Shown in pieces: positions 11,749 through 23,390 of a DNA stretch of 64,000 nucleotides. Every line of letters begins with the position of its first letter. Position 1 is the first letter of the stretch. Below the pieces are notes generated by a model that ran no database searches, was not told the origin of the DNA, and was given only the letters and a program-made list of their open reading frames with translations. The translations under genes and the position numbers were made by a program. This stretch comes from Takakia lepidozioides (Eukaryota; Plantae; Bryophyta), in assembly GCA_030704615.1 (NCBI GenBank), contig CM060734.1:39990001-40054000 (forward strand), read 5' to 3'.

Positions 11749-14700
11749 ATGGAGGATGCTTGTGAAAAGGGTGGAGCGGACTGGGTGGATTTTGTGCACC
11801 AAACCAGACTGAAGAAGGAGCGAAGGTACTGGTACTCACCAGAGGAGTTTGATCATAAAATAGTAGAAGCATTTATAGACCTCCGCGCCCGGAAGCCCAA
11901 AAACTCGAATTGGCAGAAGGACAAGCTCTTCCGTCCCTTCTGTGAAGAGGTTATCAAGGACAAAATCCAACTAAATCGGCATTGTGTTGACACGGGTTGC
12001 AAGGAGACTGTTGCAACGATTCCACGGCATTTCAAGCCTTGGCCAATACTGAAAGAAATGTCGATTGTCAAAGAGGCCATAATGCGCATGCGCGGATCAG
12101 TGCTTGACCCCTGCACTTTGGAATTAGACGAAGTGCGCGCACGGTATGGCGTCCATTCTGGTGGCCCGTCAATGGAGGATTTGCAAGTGCAGGGAATGCC
12201 GGACGCTGCCAGAAAACGTAAACTGAGTGATGGGGCCCAAAAAAAAAAAAGGCAAAAAAAGGAGAAGGCTGCAAGGTCTGCTCGCGAGGCAAGGGCAAAA
12301 TCCACGCAACAGACTGAACCCCGTCCTGGGCGGCAGACCCACACCATTAGTACTAATACTGAAAGTGAATCTGCTCAGGGCGGGCAAACCATTATCCGGA
12401 ATGATGACTTCAAAGGCCTGGAAGGGGTGATAAGTCCAGTGGACATTGACTTGCCTAACCGGACTCGGCAGCAAACTCACAGGACCCATGCCAGAGGTTT
12501 AGGGTCAAAACCAAAAACTCAACAGAGCACTGAAGGGCCTGCCCTGGCACATTGCGCCTCGTTGACTTTGGGCTTTTCTCACCAGAGTGCCCACCAATTG
12601 GGGATCCAGACTTCTTCCGTTATTTCTACAGAGTTGCCCAGTCAGGTCTGCTACGCACATTCATCCGACAGGCGGAACAGAACTGGTTGAACAGCTTTGA
12701 AGATGAAGATGATGATAAAGAAGTAGAGGAGGTAATGGTCAGTCTGACCGCCCAGTCTGTTCTCTGTGCTATTTGAGTCCATCATGGAGGTCACGTTGCC
12801 TATTCAGTCTGGTCAGTCCGCTGCGTTCTCTCCTCAGTCCGCTGGCTCACTCTGCTCGTCAGTTAGTCTGTTTTATATCGCTACATTACTTACTGAGTCC
12901 GTTTGTCAGCCCGCTGGTCCAGTCCACTGGTACAGTCTACTAGTTGCCTCCACCCTACATACGCACGTTACGTCTATCAGTCTGCTGGTCTGTGAGTCCA
13001 GTCCGCTGCATGAGGTGAATATAGAGTCCACGTCCATGTTCCTAACGTCCAAGTTATCTGCCGTGTACCATGATGAACGTGTTTCTATTCGTAGGGCAAT
13101 TCAGGCTTGGCGGATACCTAGCAATGATGCACCTTTACAAGCGACTACGGTGCGTGCGGAAGTGGACCGCGTGCGGGAGTACATATTATTGAAGTATCAT
13201 GGGTCATCTACTGCTATAGCGGCATTACATATTCAAGACGCGTCGGGGGGGGAATGCGTCTGGGACAGCCGAGTCTGCCATCCAGCAGACTCCCATTCAG
13301 CAGGCCGTCATCCAACAGACTCCCATTCAGCAGTCTGTCATCCAACAGACTCCAATGGAGCAGACTCCCAACGAGCAGCCTGTCATCCTGCAGACTCCTC
13401 TCCAGGAGCCCATCATGCAGCCCATGCCAAGGGAAGTCCTGTCATCCAACAGACTGCGTACTAGCAGACTGACCAGCAGATTGCATTTCTCTCACATAGC
13501 ACGGCGCTTTTTGCAATTTGGCAATCGCCATCACCGGTAATTCGACCCGGAGCTGAAGACCTCACACTTCCCCGGCTTAGGGTGGGAGAAATTAATCCCC
13601 ATTTGGATTGGCATAATGAGCTCCACCGGATTGTTGTGGACCGCCGGTGGTCATTTGTACCCTTTCATTATTCCATGGAGTTTTCTATTGAGGAAGCCAA
13701 CCATGTTCTGGAAGCCGCCTCTGCTGTTGCCATTGAAGCCACAACCGTCCAAAATGCGCCGCCTCTACTTGTGCAGCTGATTCTCATGGATGACCCACGG
13801 CCTGAAGACCTCAGACATATGCCTATGGCACATCCAACCTTCGGGGTGCGAAGAAAGCTCTTGTTCGGATTGACTAAGGAGGACTTTGAGCGCATGGCAG
13901 CTTCCTTCCTACAACACAGATGGATGCAATTTGGCAATTTCCGCTCGTACAACAAGTTGATGAAGGATCGGCATAGTTTGAGGATGGACTTACTCCATGG
14001 AACAGACCATTCACAGAAGTTTGTGGTGGATGACGCATTGCAATGGTTTGCATTGGTGAGGGAGCGAGCAGTATTCGACATTGTTTTGCAGAATCCCAAT
14101 GTCTTCAAAGTCCTGTGGTGTGGGACCCCAACTGAAGACCGCATCGGCGCCATTGCTCATCTCGATGGAGCATGCCTGTGCTCGCAAATCAAGAACATTG
14201 GCCTCGTCGGAAATCTCTTGGAAGGTAAAATGTTCTGGGCAACTTTCGTGTTTCAGCTCCATTTCTTTTGCCAACTTTTTTAGAAGTTCACATTTGCATA
14301 AACATGTGTTGCAGGGCGAGTTGATCTGGGAGACAAGCAAGTGCAGGTTGCTTTCGACTCTTTTGCCAGAGGTGTAAAGGACTTTGTCCTGGCTTTACAA
14401 GGAGTTCGGGAGACTGTCCAGCAGACTGGCCACAAGAATGTCCAACAACATATTCCTCACGACACATGTGGGCAGACTGCCCAAGTGCTGGAGACCGAGC
14501 ATGTGCACCAGACCGTCCCGGGTAATAGGCCGGATCACTCCCAGCAGACTGCCCCGCACACACATACTCAGTATGTGCAAACAGTACTGAGCGGGCAGCG
14601 AACTTTGCAGACTTTGCAGCAGACCGGAGAACAGACCGGCCAACAGACTGCCCCTCAGCCGACTGTGTAGCAGACCAGCGAACATGGCCAGCAGACTACC

Positions 14701-14950
14701 CCTCAGACCGACAAATCCAGCCAGCAGATTGCCCCTCAGCAGACTGTGCAGCACACTGGCAAACCCACTCAGCAGATGGCCGAGTAGACTGTCCAGGAGA
14801 CTAACAGCCAGTTTGTTCCTTGGATTGTGCAATAGACTCGGATGCACTGGCCTCACTGGGACCCTGTGGACGAATTTCTGTTGAGTTCCACAACATGTTT
14901 TTGGATCTGCCAGTATGAGTGTTTTGACCGAGTCCACTTTTTCCCCAGGC
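11749..14950 (+). pseudogene. Multi-exon accessory gene of unknown function, convergent with the MULE transposase
   Basis: Protein-like ORFs 11749-12690 (basic NLS-like RKRK...KKKRQKKEK), 13582-14283 and 14341-14670 (Q/T-rich repeats), with GT/AG-like boundaries. Frameshifts and stops are present. No recognisable domain. Confidence 0.4.
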
Positions 14951-15340
14951 ACATTCACTGACGACGTCATTAGGTCACCGGTAAAGCATTCTTATCCAGC
15001 TCCCCGTGGCCTGCCTTCTATGACCTTCTAGCTCAGTCCCGTTTTCGTGCGCTCAGTGGCGAAAGTTTGCATTCGAAAGTTTGCGTTCGCAGTCTGCTGA
15101 CTGTGACTCTGTTGGGAGACTATGCTTGGGAGACTGTGTGGGAGTCAGTTGGGAGACTAGAGGAGTCCGTTGGGAGACTGTGCAGGAGTCCATTGTGGGA
15201 CTCTGCAGCCGTCTGATGGGAGTTTGTGTCGGAGTGTGCTGGGATTGTGGAGACTGGAGGAGTCCGTTGGGAGACTGTGCATGAGTCCATTGCGGACTTG
15301 TATTTCAGAAAGGGACAATGCTACCAGAGGAATTGCAGAC

Positions 15341-18296
15341 TTATATTGTCTTCTTCGTGACACCTACACAACCTGAAACCTTGCAAATTTTCGAGTATAT
15401 ATGTGCTGCAGGTGCAGGTGCAGACACCCTCTTGCTGGTTCTCCGCAAAACCCTAGGCCGGGTTTTCCAGGCCTCCACGAAATCTCGTCTCCTTTTCAGA
15501 GACATGTTGTTGTTGTCGTTCAGAGGACGGAAAGCCTTCGCTGCCGCAGGGTGCCATTCCAGCCGCTTTCGCCAGGATATCAACAATGCGAAGTATGTCC
15601 GCGAATTCTTGTTCCATTGAGGCTGAGACCTCCAAAGGTGCCTCGTCGTAGGGGAAGTTGTCCGGAGGATGTCTTTCCATGAACTGATTGGATTCGTCGT
15701 TGCCGCTGGCACCATTGCCCAAGAGCAAGTTAGGTAATCCTCCATGAATGGTTCCTAGCGTCGTGCCACAAGCGCGCACAAGGAGGCCATCCTGCAAGTC
15801 AGGCTAAAGCATCTTCAGGACACGGACCTGATGCTTGCATAAGTTTCCCTTCATTGCCCATGGGCATGTGAGCCCAATCGCAATCAGGATTGTAAACAAT
15901 GTATGTTGTGCCGGGGTGGTTGCTACTAAGAATGTAGGCTGGTTCACCAGGACCCAAGGGAAGAGTAACACTCTCAGTAGGAATGTCTCGTGCCGCAAGT
16001 ATAGAACTGGATATATACTTTTCATGTTTGTCATTTCTTATGAACCCGTGGGTCTTCAAATGGATTGCGTACCAGTAGTGTGTTAGCACATGGCCAGTGA
16101 GTTCCCATATAAGCCAGTCCACTCTATGACCACTCATCTTGTCTTTCCCCATGGCGAGTCTTGCCTTCAGATTTCCATGGTATGCCTCAATGCTTGCGTT
16201 TGTGTCTTGGCTCGCAAGAGGGACATGGTGGGCTGTTGTACACCACATTGCTATTTTGGGCTTCCAGTACTGCTCGATATAGTCAAGAAATTCATGTCCT
16301 TTTGGGTATTTTGACCTCATATGACGGATTCTCCTTGCAACCCACCGAAGCGCTCTTTTCTCGTTGCGTGGTCCCCCTCTACAGTACATGAGGTCTCCCA
16401 TATCCTTCAACAAGTTTACAGCGGTCACCGGATCCTTCGTTTTATTGCATAATTGCTTCACCCATGCCTTGCGGACATGCCAAAGACAGAGGAAAATGAG
16501 TACTCCTTCAAAAATAATTCTGCACAACACACATGGTACACATTAGAGTCTTGGGATCGGACTGCAATGGTGGACTGCCGGAGTGGACTGTAACAGCGAC
16601 CTGTATCAGTGGGCAGAGCCACTGAACTCGCCCAGTGGACAGTACAATGTCATGACGTTGATGTGCTGGAATAACCCCATTGGACTACCCAGTGGACTAC
16701 CCCATTGGACTTCCCCCTAGCTAGGACTGGGGCAGTGGACTGCCCCATTGGACTGCCACAGCGGACTGCCGAGCGGACTTGTCAAGGACTGCCGAGTGGA
16801 CTTGGCAGCGGACAGCCGACCCCAGGGATTGCTGAGTGGACTTGCCAGCGGACTGCCGAGCGGACTTGCCAAGGACTGCTAAGTGGACTTGCCAGCGGAC
16901 TTGCCACGGACTACTGAGTGGACTTCCCAGCGGACTGCCGAGCGGACTTGCCGGGGACTGCCAGCGGATTTATCAGGGGACTGACGAGCGGACTTGACAG
17001 CGGACTACCAGTGGATTTGCCCAGCGAACTGCCATCAGGTTTCGCCACAGGAGTCTGCCAGTGGACTGTAGCAATGGACTGCTGCAGTGGACCTCGACAA
17101 TGGACCGGTGCTGTGGACCAACAGACTTACCGAATAGCGTTGATTTCTGCTTCGGCATCGTCCACAATGAAGGCATTGGGTCGCCAGCTCGGCAAATCTG
17201 CGAGGAGTGAATCGCGCAAGGCTCTCATCCACGACACCAGGTCTATTGTCCGATTCCTCGCGGATAGGATATAGGCAACTGGTATACCGTTCAACCACTC
17301 GTCGAAGACCATCAACGTGTACAATCTGTAGAATGCACAATGTCAGATGGTCAAAGCATGCAAATTCCGCTCAGTTCTGCACGAGAAGACTTCATAAGAG
17401 TGATGAGGTCTGCAACGGTTCACAGTGGGTCTGCCCCTCGGTCTTCCGCAATGTACACATGAAAACATACAGAAAGGGTCAGCACACCAAATTTTATGTA
17501 AATGCTGCATGGTACTATGCTATCATGCTCCTACAAGTCCATGGAATCGTTTGAATAGTACCTTGTCATGATTTGTCCCAAAGGTTGCATCACATGCAAC
17601 GATACGGTCATGTCCTAGTTCCAGCATTCGTCGTTTTTGCCACGTCTGTATGCTAATAGTGAATGTTAAATCTCCATCAAAATGCTCGAATGATGGCTCT
17701 AATTTCTCCTCTTGATAGAAAAAAACGGACGCAGGATTCTGGTCTCTCCACATGCGCACACTCTCCGCATCATTGGCGTGCTTTTTGAAGGTTTGTCACG
17801 CACGTTTCTCGGCAAGGTTGCAAACATCTTGCTCCAACAAAGAAATCATCGCGGGTCCATGCATCGCCCAAGCCGTAGTTATTCATCACGTGCTCTTTAT
17901 GCTCCATCATGATTTGGGCGACCGACAGGCCTCGGCACAAACACTCGACGACCCAGGCTTTCAATTCCTTGCTAATGTGTGGTGCATAGGCGTGGCGGGT
18001 GTTCCTGAACTCTGCGGACTTCCCATGCGAGGGTTTCCCTTGCGCATCTGTATGCTCCATGTTGTTGTAGTACGTGAGGACACAGATGTCAGGGGCGAGA
18101 TAGCATTGTTGGACCTTGAAACAGCATTGGCAACAACGCTTGTAAGACTCTCCATACTCCGACTTTTTTCTCCTTGGGCCTTTATGAGGGCAAGATGTTC
18201 CAGCACCCACAAGAGGTCCTCCACGCTTCTGTTTTGGATCCTCCACTATTGCCTTGTTGGTGCGCTTGTCATCAGGACCGTAGCAGCATTGATACC
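15341..18296 (-). mobile_element. MULE (Mutator-like) DDE transposase with C-terminal SWIM zinc finger, frameshifted and 5'-truncated
   Basis: C.YGP.D and C.C.F N-terminal motifs. Catalytic DATFGTN, FIVDD, CLWH (CxxH) and TNASIEAYH. SWIM-type C..C...GNLCKH. Introns 17561-17326 and 17130-16520 (GT..AG). Resembles the plant SWIM-zinc-finger MULE family. Confidence 0.85.
16560..17125. repeat. Degenerate GGACT(G/T)GCC tandem array inside the transposase intron
   Basis: About 30 short units such as gcggacttgcca / gtggactgccga. Related CAGTC/CAGAC arrays occur at 9690-9820, 10670-11260, 12740-13000, 13270-13480, 14410-14810 and 15090-15290. Confidence 0.8.
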
Positions 18297-18708
18297 TGGA
18301 CAGAAAATTCAAAAATCGATATCCAACGACTTGAGGAAGCATAAAATCAAGAGGAGCAAAGGATGAGGCTTCCCCTGGACATCTACCCCCCAACAAGCCC
18401 CCAACAAGTTCCCATAGTGCCATGAGCTGTTAGAATTGTCTGGTCTACTGTATGACAAGGATAAAAGATAGTATATGTTCTCTTTTGCGTTTGGTGTTCG
18501 GTCCAGCTAGCTCAAAAAAATTTGTCTTCAAAACAAATTAAATTTTTAGAATCTAGAGATATAACGGACTCGTTCGATGCGACCCTGTTACTTGTGCACG
18601 TTATTACAATCATATATGAAATCTTCTCGAAAACTATTAGTTAAGAATATCTCAACTTGCCAGCTGTATAATCCTCAGATCGATGCAAGAGTGTGAGTCA
18701 ACGCGGGC

Positions 18709-19800
18709 ATGCACAGGGAGATTATCAGTATTGATGAGGACGAAGTGGTCAACAGGGTTGAGTTAGCATTTCATTATGGAGGGCCAACGAATGCCTCCAT
18801 TGACTTTACTTCCCAAGTCCAATATACAGGTGGGGATAGGCTTCTCGCGATGTCGGACTTTTCTGAGAAAACACCCAATCAAGTCGACTACGTTCTTTCC
18901 GCAGACCTTATCACGGGAGGTCTCCTGTTCTCCAGGGCTCCGCGGCCGGCATTGCAACCATGCTTGTCGTCCTCTCCTAGTGGAACACCGGTCCCTACAG
19001 TCACTCAAACGTTTTTACGTCCACAAGACCTCCAAGTAACCAAGGACATCACATCTGCAGGAACCACACCAGTCGCCGAACAAGACGATGCAAATCTGAG
19101 GCAATCACAGCTGTCTACAGTGGAGAACCTCACCCAGTCCCAGACCCAGACAAGGACAATGGAAACAGAGCTTCCCACTCCACAACTACTTCATGGTGTT
19201 AGCAATACAAAGCTCATTGACACTCCTGCCAATCCGTTGCCGACACAATTCCCCATAACCGAGGACATTACATCTGCTGGAAACACACAAGATCTCGTTC
19301 GAAACCCTGATACTTTAAGGCAGTCACAGCTGTCCTCCATTGACCACATCCCACAGACGCAGACGCTGGAAATGGAGGTCCCTACTGGTGTTAGCATTCC
19401 CGTCGCCGAAGGAGTGCTCACGGATGGTGTCGTTGATGGGTTGAGGGCAATTGTTGACGGCTATTATACCCCTTCGACCGTTGGATTGTCTCCGGAGGAT
19501 GGTGGATCAGATGCTGTGGAGGTTTCTAATGTTAATTCCTCTCCATCAAGGTTGTGCACGGGAGGTCTCCCGTCCTCTTCTTTTGGGAATACCTCACATG
19601 AGAGAACCCAAGTCAGAGAGAAAGGTTTGTACCTATTGATCACCTTTCTCTCCTTACAATTGAATTTAGGCTGCTTTTGTTCCCTATCTTCGATCCTCAT
19701 GTATTTGTTTCAAATCAATTGTAGGAGTGCGTGGCGCAACGTCGAAGAATCTTGTGGAGGTGTGCTCTCTCATTACACTTTCTCACTTTACACCAATTGA
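18709..19800 (+). CDS. Unknown S/T/Q/P-rich ORF with an internal duplication, probably TE-associated
   Basis: 363-aa ATG ORF. DITSAG(T/N)T...LRQSQLS...QTQT..ME.E.PT occurs twice. Possible intron near 19624-19725. Confidence 0.35.
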   Translation: MHREIISIDEDEVVNRVELAFHYGGPTNASIDFTSQVQYTGGDRLLAMSDFSEKTPNQVDYVLSADLITGGLLFSRAPRPALQPCLSSSPSGTPVPTVTQTFLRPQDLQVTKDITSAGTTPVAEQDDANLRQSQLSTVENLTQSQTQTRTMETELPTPQLLHGVSNTKLIDTPANPLPTQFPITEDITSAGNTQDLVRNPDTLRQSQLSSIDHIPQTQTLEMEVPTGVSIPVAEGVLTDGVVDGLRAIVDGYYTPSTVGLSPEDGGSDAVEVSNVNSSPSRLCTGGLPSSSFGNTSHERTQVREKGLYLLITFLSLQLNLGCFCSLSSILMYLFQINCRSAWRNVEESCGGVLSHYTFSLYTN

Positions 19801-19847
19801 CATCGTCTGGCTGCCTCTAACGAGACGTCGTAATACAAATTTAGAAG

Positions 19848-20932
19848 TTGGTCCTTAAGATCATTGTGACTGTATTGAAAATGGATGATGTCATGGAAGC
19901 TTACTCCTTACTGTTGGGACAACCATGGCTAAAACAGACCAAGGTATTCCATGACTGGAATACTCAGATTCTAACTGTGCGCAAGGATAAGCACAAGATA
20001 CAGATTTCAACTAAGAAATCAGGTAGACTACCTACTACCAGAAGACCTCATGGAGTCAGGGAATATGACTGGAGGGGAGGACTTAATGAAGAGTAGGAGG
20101 CTATTCTGTTTGCTGCACACCCAGAGTGGGAGCAGGTTGTAGAAATGCAACTGGGAGGATTAAGTTGTTTCAAGGGTATATGCTGTGGTGCAGTAACAGC
20201 AACACCAATTGAGGGGGAAACAAGTAGTTACCCACCACATTTCTATGAAGAAAGAGAGGGAGAAATAGAAATCCTAGAGGAACCAACCATTGTGAGTTTG
20301 CAAGATGAAGTAGTGGCTGGATGGACTATCACAGCTGAAGAGCAGGTAAGAGAAGTCAATGTTGGAACTGAGGAGGAACCAAGAATGGTGAAAGTTGGGG
20401 CTGACTTGGAGCTAGAATTCTTTGAGGAAGCTAAGAGCCTATTTATCAAATACAAAGATGTATTTGCTTGGAGTTATGAAGACCTGAAGGGGATACCCCC
20501 TGAAATATGCCAACACAAGATTGAGTTGGAACCAGGTTCTATACCAATCAAACAGGCAAGATACATGATGAATCCCAACTATGCACAGAAGGTTGGAGAG
20601 GAGATAAAGAAGCTGGCTGAGGCTAAGTTATATACCCGATAGAGTACACAACTTGGCTATCACCCATCATGATAGTTCCCAAGAAGAATGGCAAACTGAG
20701 AGTGTGTGTGAACTATAAGAAGTTGAATGATTGTACAAAGAAAGATCCATTTTCTTTGCCAATCACAGAAGCTATGCTAGACACTGTGGCAGGCCATGAG
20801 ATGTATTCATGCATGGATGGCTTCAGTGGGTTTAACTAGGTACAAGTAGCTGAAGAGGATCAGGGAAAGACAGCTTTCATTACTGACTGGGGTGCTTTTA
20901 CATACAAAGTCATGTCTTTTGGACTTTGTAAT
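19848..20932 (+). mobile_element. Ty3/gypsy pol fragment (protease tail plus N-terminal RT), non-chromovirus type, pseudogenised
   Basis: LLLGQPWL protease tail; YKDVFAWSYEDLKGIP; WLSPIMIVPKKNGKLRVCVNYKKLN; DGFSGFN*; KTAFITDWG; VMSFGLCN, cut off at about 20932. Confidence 0.85.
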
Positions 20933-21145
20933 GGGGGGTTGCTATTTCATGAGCGGCATGAGCATGAGCGGGAAAAAAAAAAGCATGAGCGGACCATTGT
21001 GTGTCCACGGAAATAGGGTCATATCAAGTTGGAATTTGGCACCAGTGGACTCGTCATAGCAATTAAATGCAACATTTTTATTGCAAATTTTGTGGCAAGC
21101 CACATCTATACAAGTGTGTCGTAATTGTCATAGCCGGAATGGGCA

Positions 21146-22677
21146 CTACTCTCCTACACCCTCTGAGGAACTTGCCCCGCCTTCCTCCTCATCCCCCTCA
21201 TCCCCCCCATCCTCCGAGCTCTGTGATGCATCAGTTCCACTATGCCTCTCAAAAATTCCGTCCTCTCCTTGGGGGACTGTCCACCTCACCTCCTGGGAAT
21301 CTTCTGCATCTTCTTCCCCACTTTCCTCAGCAGAATCCAAGACAAATCTACGAACCTGACAGGCTCTAATAGCTGCTGCCTCCTCCCTCATCTTCATTTT
21401 CTTGAGGCTTGCCTCGTTTAAAATCTGATGTACACGACTAGGTTCGGAAGACCTCCTAATGGACACCGAAGCAAGCCGGGCAGCATAAGTAGGAAGGATG
21501 TAGTCCCTTTCTGGACTAGGCATGAAATCCCCCCTGGCAAAAAAAGGCACGTTCCTCCTGCCCATGAAGTGCGGTGTAGACGTCCATCCTGCAGTACTTG
21601 GCATCCTGCAGTAAGAACAAATCCACTTTAAGAATATTAATACCAGCAGAAGCAAAAAAGGGTCTTTCAATGAAATAAGAGAGCGAAGGGAGGTGCCTCA
21701 TGAAATCAGGAGGCAACTTACAATGCGACCACTCACTCGTAAACTGGGGGCTCCTCGGCCTCGATCCCAACTTGTACCTCCCCCTGCTCCTTGTCGGATT
21801 CTTCCTCATCCTCTGAGGATGCATCTTCCTCTTTCGGCAAACGTTCAGCCGCTGCAAGTTCGGAGTTGTGGAGGGCAGTATCTGGCTCGAAGGCGAAGAC
21901 ATGCCTGTCGGACAACGTCCCTGCCCACATTGAAGCACCTGAGGGACAAAGCGGGCGGTTGGTGGCATGCAATTGCAATTGCAATCGGGCCAGGGGACAA
22001 AATGTGCACGTGAAGGCTTACCTGTGCCGCATGTGAGGTCAAGAATCCACCCTTGGACATCCGAGCACGTCTCCATGAGGGTTTGGATGTAAGCAGGGCT
22101 CCGGGTCCGGATGTACCGCCACGGTTTGCCTGTCTTTGTGTCCTTCGGCATACTGGAGTGGGGCACATAGTTGTAGAGGACATCGTAGGTAACAGGGTCC
22201 ACAGCGGCATCAACAAGACGACCGTCGTTGTGGAATTTGAACGTAGACCCTCTCTTCACAAAACAATATGCCTCAAACACCAATGTCTGCACATCCAACA
22301 AACGAGGGATCCACTCCAGGGTCTAGTTTAGATACACCACAATATGAAGTGAATGCAATAGATTGATAACTTACACTCTGGCCCTCTGTTCGCAACCCCT
22401 GCGTATTGATGCAGAACCATTTTTTGAGGAGGACCGGGGTGACACTTTTTGGTGTCCACCTTGCCACAACATTCTCTGTGGTCTTCCCTCTTGTGGCAAG
22501 GACCACCATACATCTACCGTCATCCAGGAGCATCCCCGCCAGCCCAAACCCGGCTCTCCAGTAGTCCTCCGTAAACCTATTCCAGGTGGGCATACCATCC
22601 AGGCCCTCCAGCAGCTCCCCATCTGGAATATCGAGGAGAATCATATCGCAGGCTCTCTCAACCTCAAACCCCCCCCC
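21146..22677 (-). pseudogene. Intron-containing beta-class amino (N4-cytosine / N6-adenine) DNA methyltransferase-like gene, 5'-truncated by an LTR
   Basis: Exons 22677-22375, 22286-22022, 21938-21737 and 21605-21146 are joined by in-frame GT-AG introns (88, 83, 131 nt). The spliced product has DMILLDIPDG (motif IV, DPPY-like) before RSPAYIQTLMETCS..GWILDLTCGTGASMWAGTLSDRHVFAFEPD (motifs X, I, II), followed by acidic tails. Confidence 0.75.
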
Positions 22678-23311
22678 CTTGGAGCTTCGGCTGCTCGCCG
22701 GGGCATAACGGTCCCCCCTACGATCTCCCAAAGAACCCTTCACCCCTTCGGAACCAGCGGAATTCCCTTTGGTAGTTGGCGGTCCGGAACAGCTCCCCAC
22801 TCTTTGGTCGCTTTCCGGCTCGCTCGCTTACTCACTAGTTTTTGGTCACCAACGGGCTTGCACCATTCTCGGGGTTACTACTCCCTATACATACTTTTGT
22901 AGCTGTCCGTGGGGGTTTCACAAACAACCATGCCATTTTATGGCGAACCACCACGAACACCCTCGACTCCCGGTGATGAGTCGCGGTGAGTCTTGGCCCA
23001 CCCACCACGGCCCCTATGGACCGTGATGAGTCCCAAGACTCCCCACGACTCCCACCACGAGGTCTCCGCCTCAGGGTGAGTCCTATGCCACCCCCACTAA
23101 GTCCCGCTAAGCTACCACCACCCCTTGTGGAGCCACCCCAACCGCAACCCGGTGTGCGGGGCTCCACCTAGTGAGCGCCTCCGCCTCCTTGAGTGCCTTG
23201 GGCACTCAAGGGTGCTTCAGTTCCCCATACCTATCGCTGCCACTGCCCCCACCATAGGGGCAGCCCCACTCGTGTCCCGGCCCCCTGCCCTCAAGGCAAA
23301 GGGCCGCGACA
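22678..23311 (-). mobile_element. Chromovirus 3' LTR (distal ~95 bp missing), with PPT and a short internal tail at 23312-23390
   Basis: Direct repeat of 34658-35287, roughly 85-90% identical by eye. On the minus strand it is preceded by gatgaggacatcgac...ggtaggggtgtg|TGTCGCGG. Confidence 0.8.
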
Positions 23312-23390
23312 CACACCCCTACCAACAGGGAGTCGATGTCCTCATCGGCTTGTCCATTTTGTGGAAACAAACATCCAAGTTGTGGCGTCC

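Noticed and set aside
16560-17125. Repeat array as a CRISPR-like locus
   Set aside because: Units are 10-12-nt degenerate tandem motifs without unique spacers, inside a spliceosomal intron, and there are no cas genes.
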